Notes under the pieces: model-generated
Seen by the model: only the letters and a program-made list of their open reading frames with translations
What the model was told of the DNA's origin: nothing
Databases searched by the model: none
Translations under genes and position numbers: made by a program
In this document: positions 46,371-47,907 of the stretch, piece after piece
Numbering within the stretch: the first letter of the stretch is position 1
Layout: every line of letters starts with the position of its first letter
Assembly: GCA_900549245.1 (NCBI GenBank)
Contig: URNQ01000001.1
Span: forward strand, 1 to 47,907
Source: an uncultured Collinsella sp.
Lineage (GTDB): Bacteria; Actinomycetota; Coriobacteriia; Coriobacteriales; Coriobacteriaceae
DNA length: 47,907 bases
Direction: 5' to 3'

Positions 46371-47907
46371 GACCGCAGCCCAAGCACGCCCGACCGACCT
46401 CAAACGCACTGTGCGCCGCCTGCTCTCCTACATGGGGCATGCCAAGTTCTCGTTGCTCGCGGTGGGTGTGCTTGCCTCTGTGGCCGCCATCGCGAGCCTT
46501 GCCGGTACCTACATGGTGCGCCCCATCGTCAACGGTTTGGCAACGGGCGGCGAGGAACTGCTCGCTAGGCAGGTTATCTTTACCGCTGCCATCTACGCCG
46601 CGGGCGTGCTCTCGGCTCTGGGCTACTCGCAGATCATGGTGCGCGCGGCCCAACGCGTGGTGTCCGATATTCGCCGCGACCTGTTTGTGCACATCCAGAC
46701 GCTGCCGCTCAGTTACTTCGACGGCACGCGCTCGGGCGACATCATGAGCTTCTTTACCAACGATGTCGACACTGTCTCCGAGGCGCTCAACAACAGCTTT
46801 GCCAACGTGATTCAGGCCGCCATTCAGGTTGTGGGCACCACGGCCATGCTCATCATCCTCAACTGGCAGCTCACGATTATCACGCTCGTGTGCGATGTGG
46901 CCATTGTGCTGTACGCGCGCTACTCGGGCATGCATTCCAAGCGCTTTTTTGCCGCCCAACAGGCGTCGCTTGGCGACCTGGACGGATATATCGAAGAGAT
47001 GGTCTCGGGCCAAAAGGTCATCAAGGTCTTTAATCACGAGCAGGCCAACGTGGCTGGTTTTGACGCGCGCAACCAAGAGCTGCGCCGCACCGGTGGTGCC
47101 GCGCAGGCTTACGCCAACTCGATGGTGCCCATGACCGTGGTGATCGGCTATGCCAACTACGCCATCGTCGCCGTGGCGGGCGGCATGCTCTGCATCAAGG
47201 GGCTCGCCGACGTGGGCGCGCTTGCAAGTTACCTGGTCTTTGTGCGTCAGGCCGCCATGCCCATCAACCAGTTCACGCAGCTGGGCAACTTTTTGCTCAA
47301 CGCGCTGGCCGGTGCCGAGCGCCTATTTGCCGCCATGGACCTTAAGCCCGAGGTAGACGAGGGCTGCGTGGAGCTGGTGCAGACGGGCGACGCCGCGTGG
47401 GCATGGAAGATTCCCGAGGGCCAGGGCGTGGGCGCGTACGGGCACCTGCATGATGTGGCTGCCGTTGATGAGTCGGGCCGTGCGGTGGCTGCCGACGGCA
47501 CCGAGCTCACGTGCGGCTTGGTCCCACTTGCCGGCGACGTGCGCTTCCATGCCGTGGACTTTTCCTACGTGCCAGGCACCCGTGTGCTCACGGATCTCAA
47601 CCTGTTTGCCAAGCCGGGCCAAAAGATCGCCTTTGTGGGCTCCACAGGCGCAGGTAAGACGACCATCACCAACCTCATCAACCGCTTCTACGAGGTCGAT
47701 GACGGCGAGATCACGTACGACGGCATTGACGTCAAGCACATTGCCAAGGCCAGCCTGCGCGGATCGCTCGGCATTGTGCTGCAGGACACGCACCTGTTTA
47801 GCGGCACCATTGCGCAGAACATCCGCTTTGGCAAGCTCGACGCGACTGACGAGGAGGTGCGCGCCGCAGCCGAGGGAGCCTGCGCGGATTCGTTTATGGA
47901 CGGTGGA
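46363..47907 (+). CDS. Heterodimeric ABC exporter partner subunit (truncated by the window end; absent from the ORF track)
   Basis: ATG at 46363 overlaps the previous gene's end. MPKTAAQARP..., GDIMSFFTNDVD, GSTGAGKTT, VLQDTHLF; open to the window edge. Confidence 0.9.
   Translation, partial: MPKTAAQARPTDLKRTVRRLLSYMGHAKFSLLAVGVLASVAAIASLAGTYMVRPIVNGLATGGEELLARQVIFTAAIYAAGVLSALGYSQIMVRAAQRVVSDIRRDLFVHIQTLPLSYFDGTRSGDIMSFFTNDVDTVSEALNNSFANVIQAAIQVVGTTAMLIILNWQLTIITLVCDVAIVLYARYSGMHSKRFFAAQQASLGDLDGYIEEMVSGQKVIKVFNHEQANVAGFDARNQELRRTGGAAQAYANSMVPMTVVIGYANYAIVAVAGGMLCIKGLADVGALASYLVFVRQAAMPINQFTQLGNFLLNALAGAERLFAAMDLKPEVDEGCVELVQTGDAAWAWKIPEGQGVGAYGHLHDVAAVDESGRAVAADGTELTCGLVPLAGDVRFHAVDFSYVPGTRVLTDLNLFAKPGQKIAFVGSTGAGKTTITNLINRFYEVDDGEITYDGIDVKHIAKASLRGSLGIVLQDTHLFSGTIAQNIRFGKLDATDEEVRAAAEGACADSFMDGG

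Overview
High-GC bacterial chromosome segment. Gene content and codon style suggest Coriobacteriaceae (Collinsella-like); this is an inference. In order, it carries: a partial lactate-racemase cluster (larA-larD convergent with larB-larC1-tetR; no larE or LarC2 in the window), serB, aspS, a LacI-controlled ebgA-ebgC-ygjI-like operon with a frameshifted permease, an HPr paralogue, feoA-feoA-feoB plus a Cys-rich peptide, a kdpDE/kdpFABC module bracketed by ~120-bp direct repeats, an OYE/Fe-S flavin reductase, a mosaic of regulator remnants with a Schlafen/AlbA_2 ATPase gene, a glnA-like + glnR-like pair, htrA, ligA, an AT-rich Tat cysteine-protease/lipoprotein pair, MerR + MATE, and a heterodimeric ABC exporter that runs off the end. 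The strongest candidate for a new system is the glutamine-synthetase-fold protein that has lost three metal ligands. It sits directly upstream of an atypical GlnR-type regulator, behind a GlnR-box-like site, suggesting a pseudoenzyme nitrogen sensor. Also notable: an HPr with natural Asp46, an exact 62-bp-period covarying hairpin array, the repeat-flanked kdp module, and an OYE with His in place of the catalytic Tyr. All family calls come from motif recognition by eye; no searches were run.
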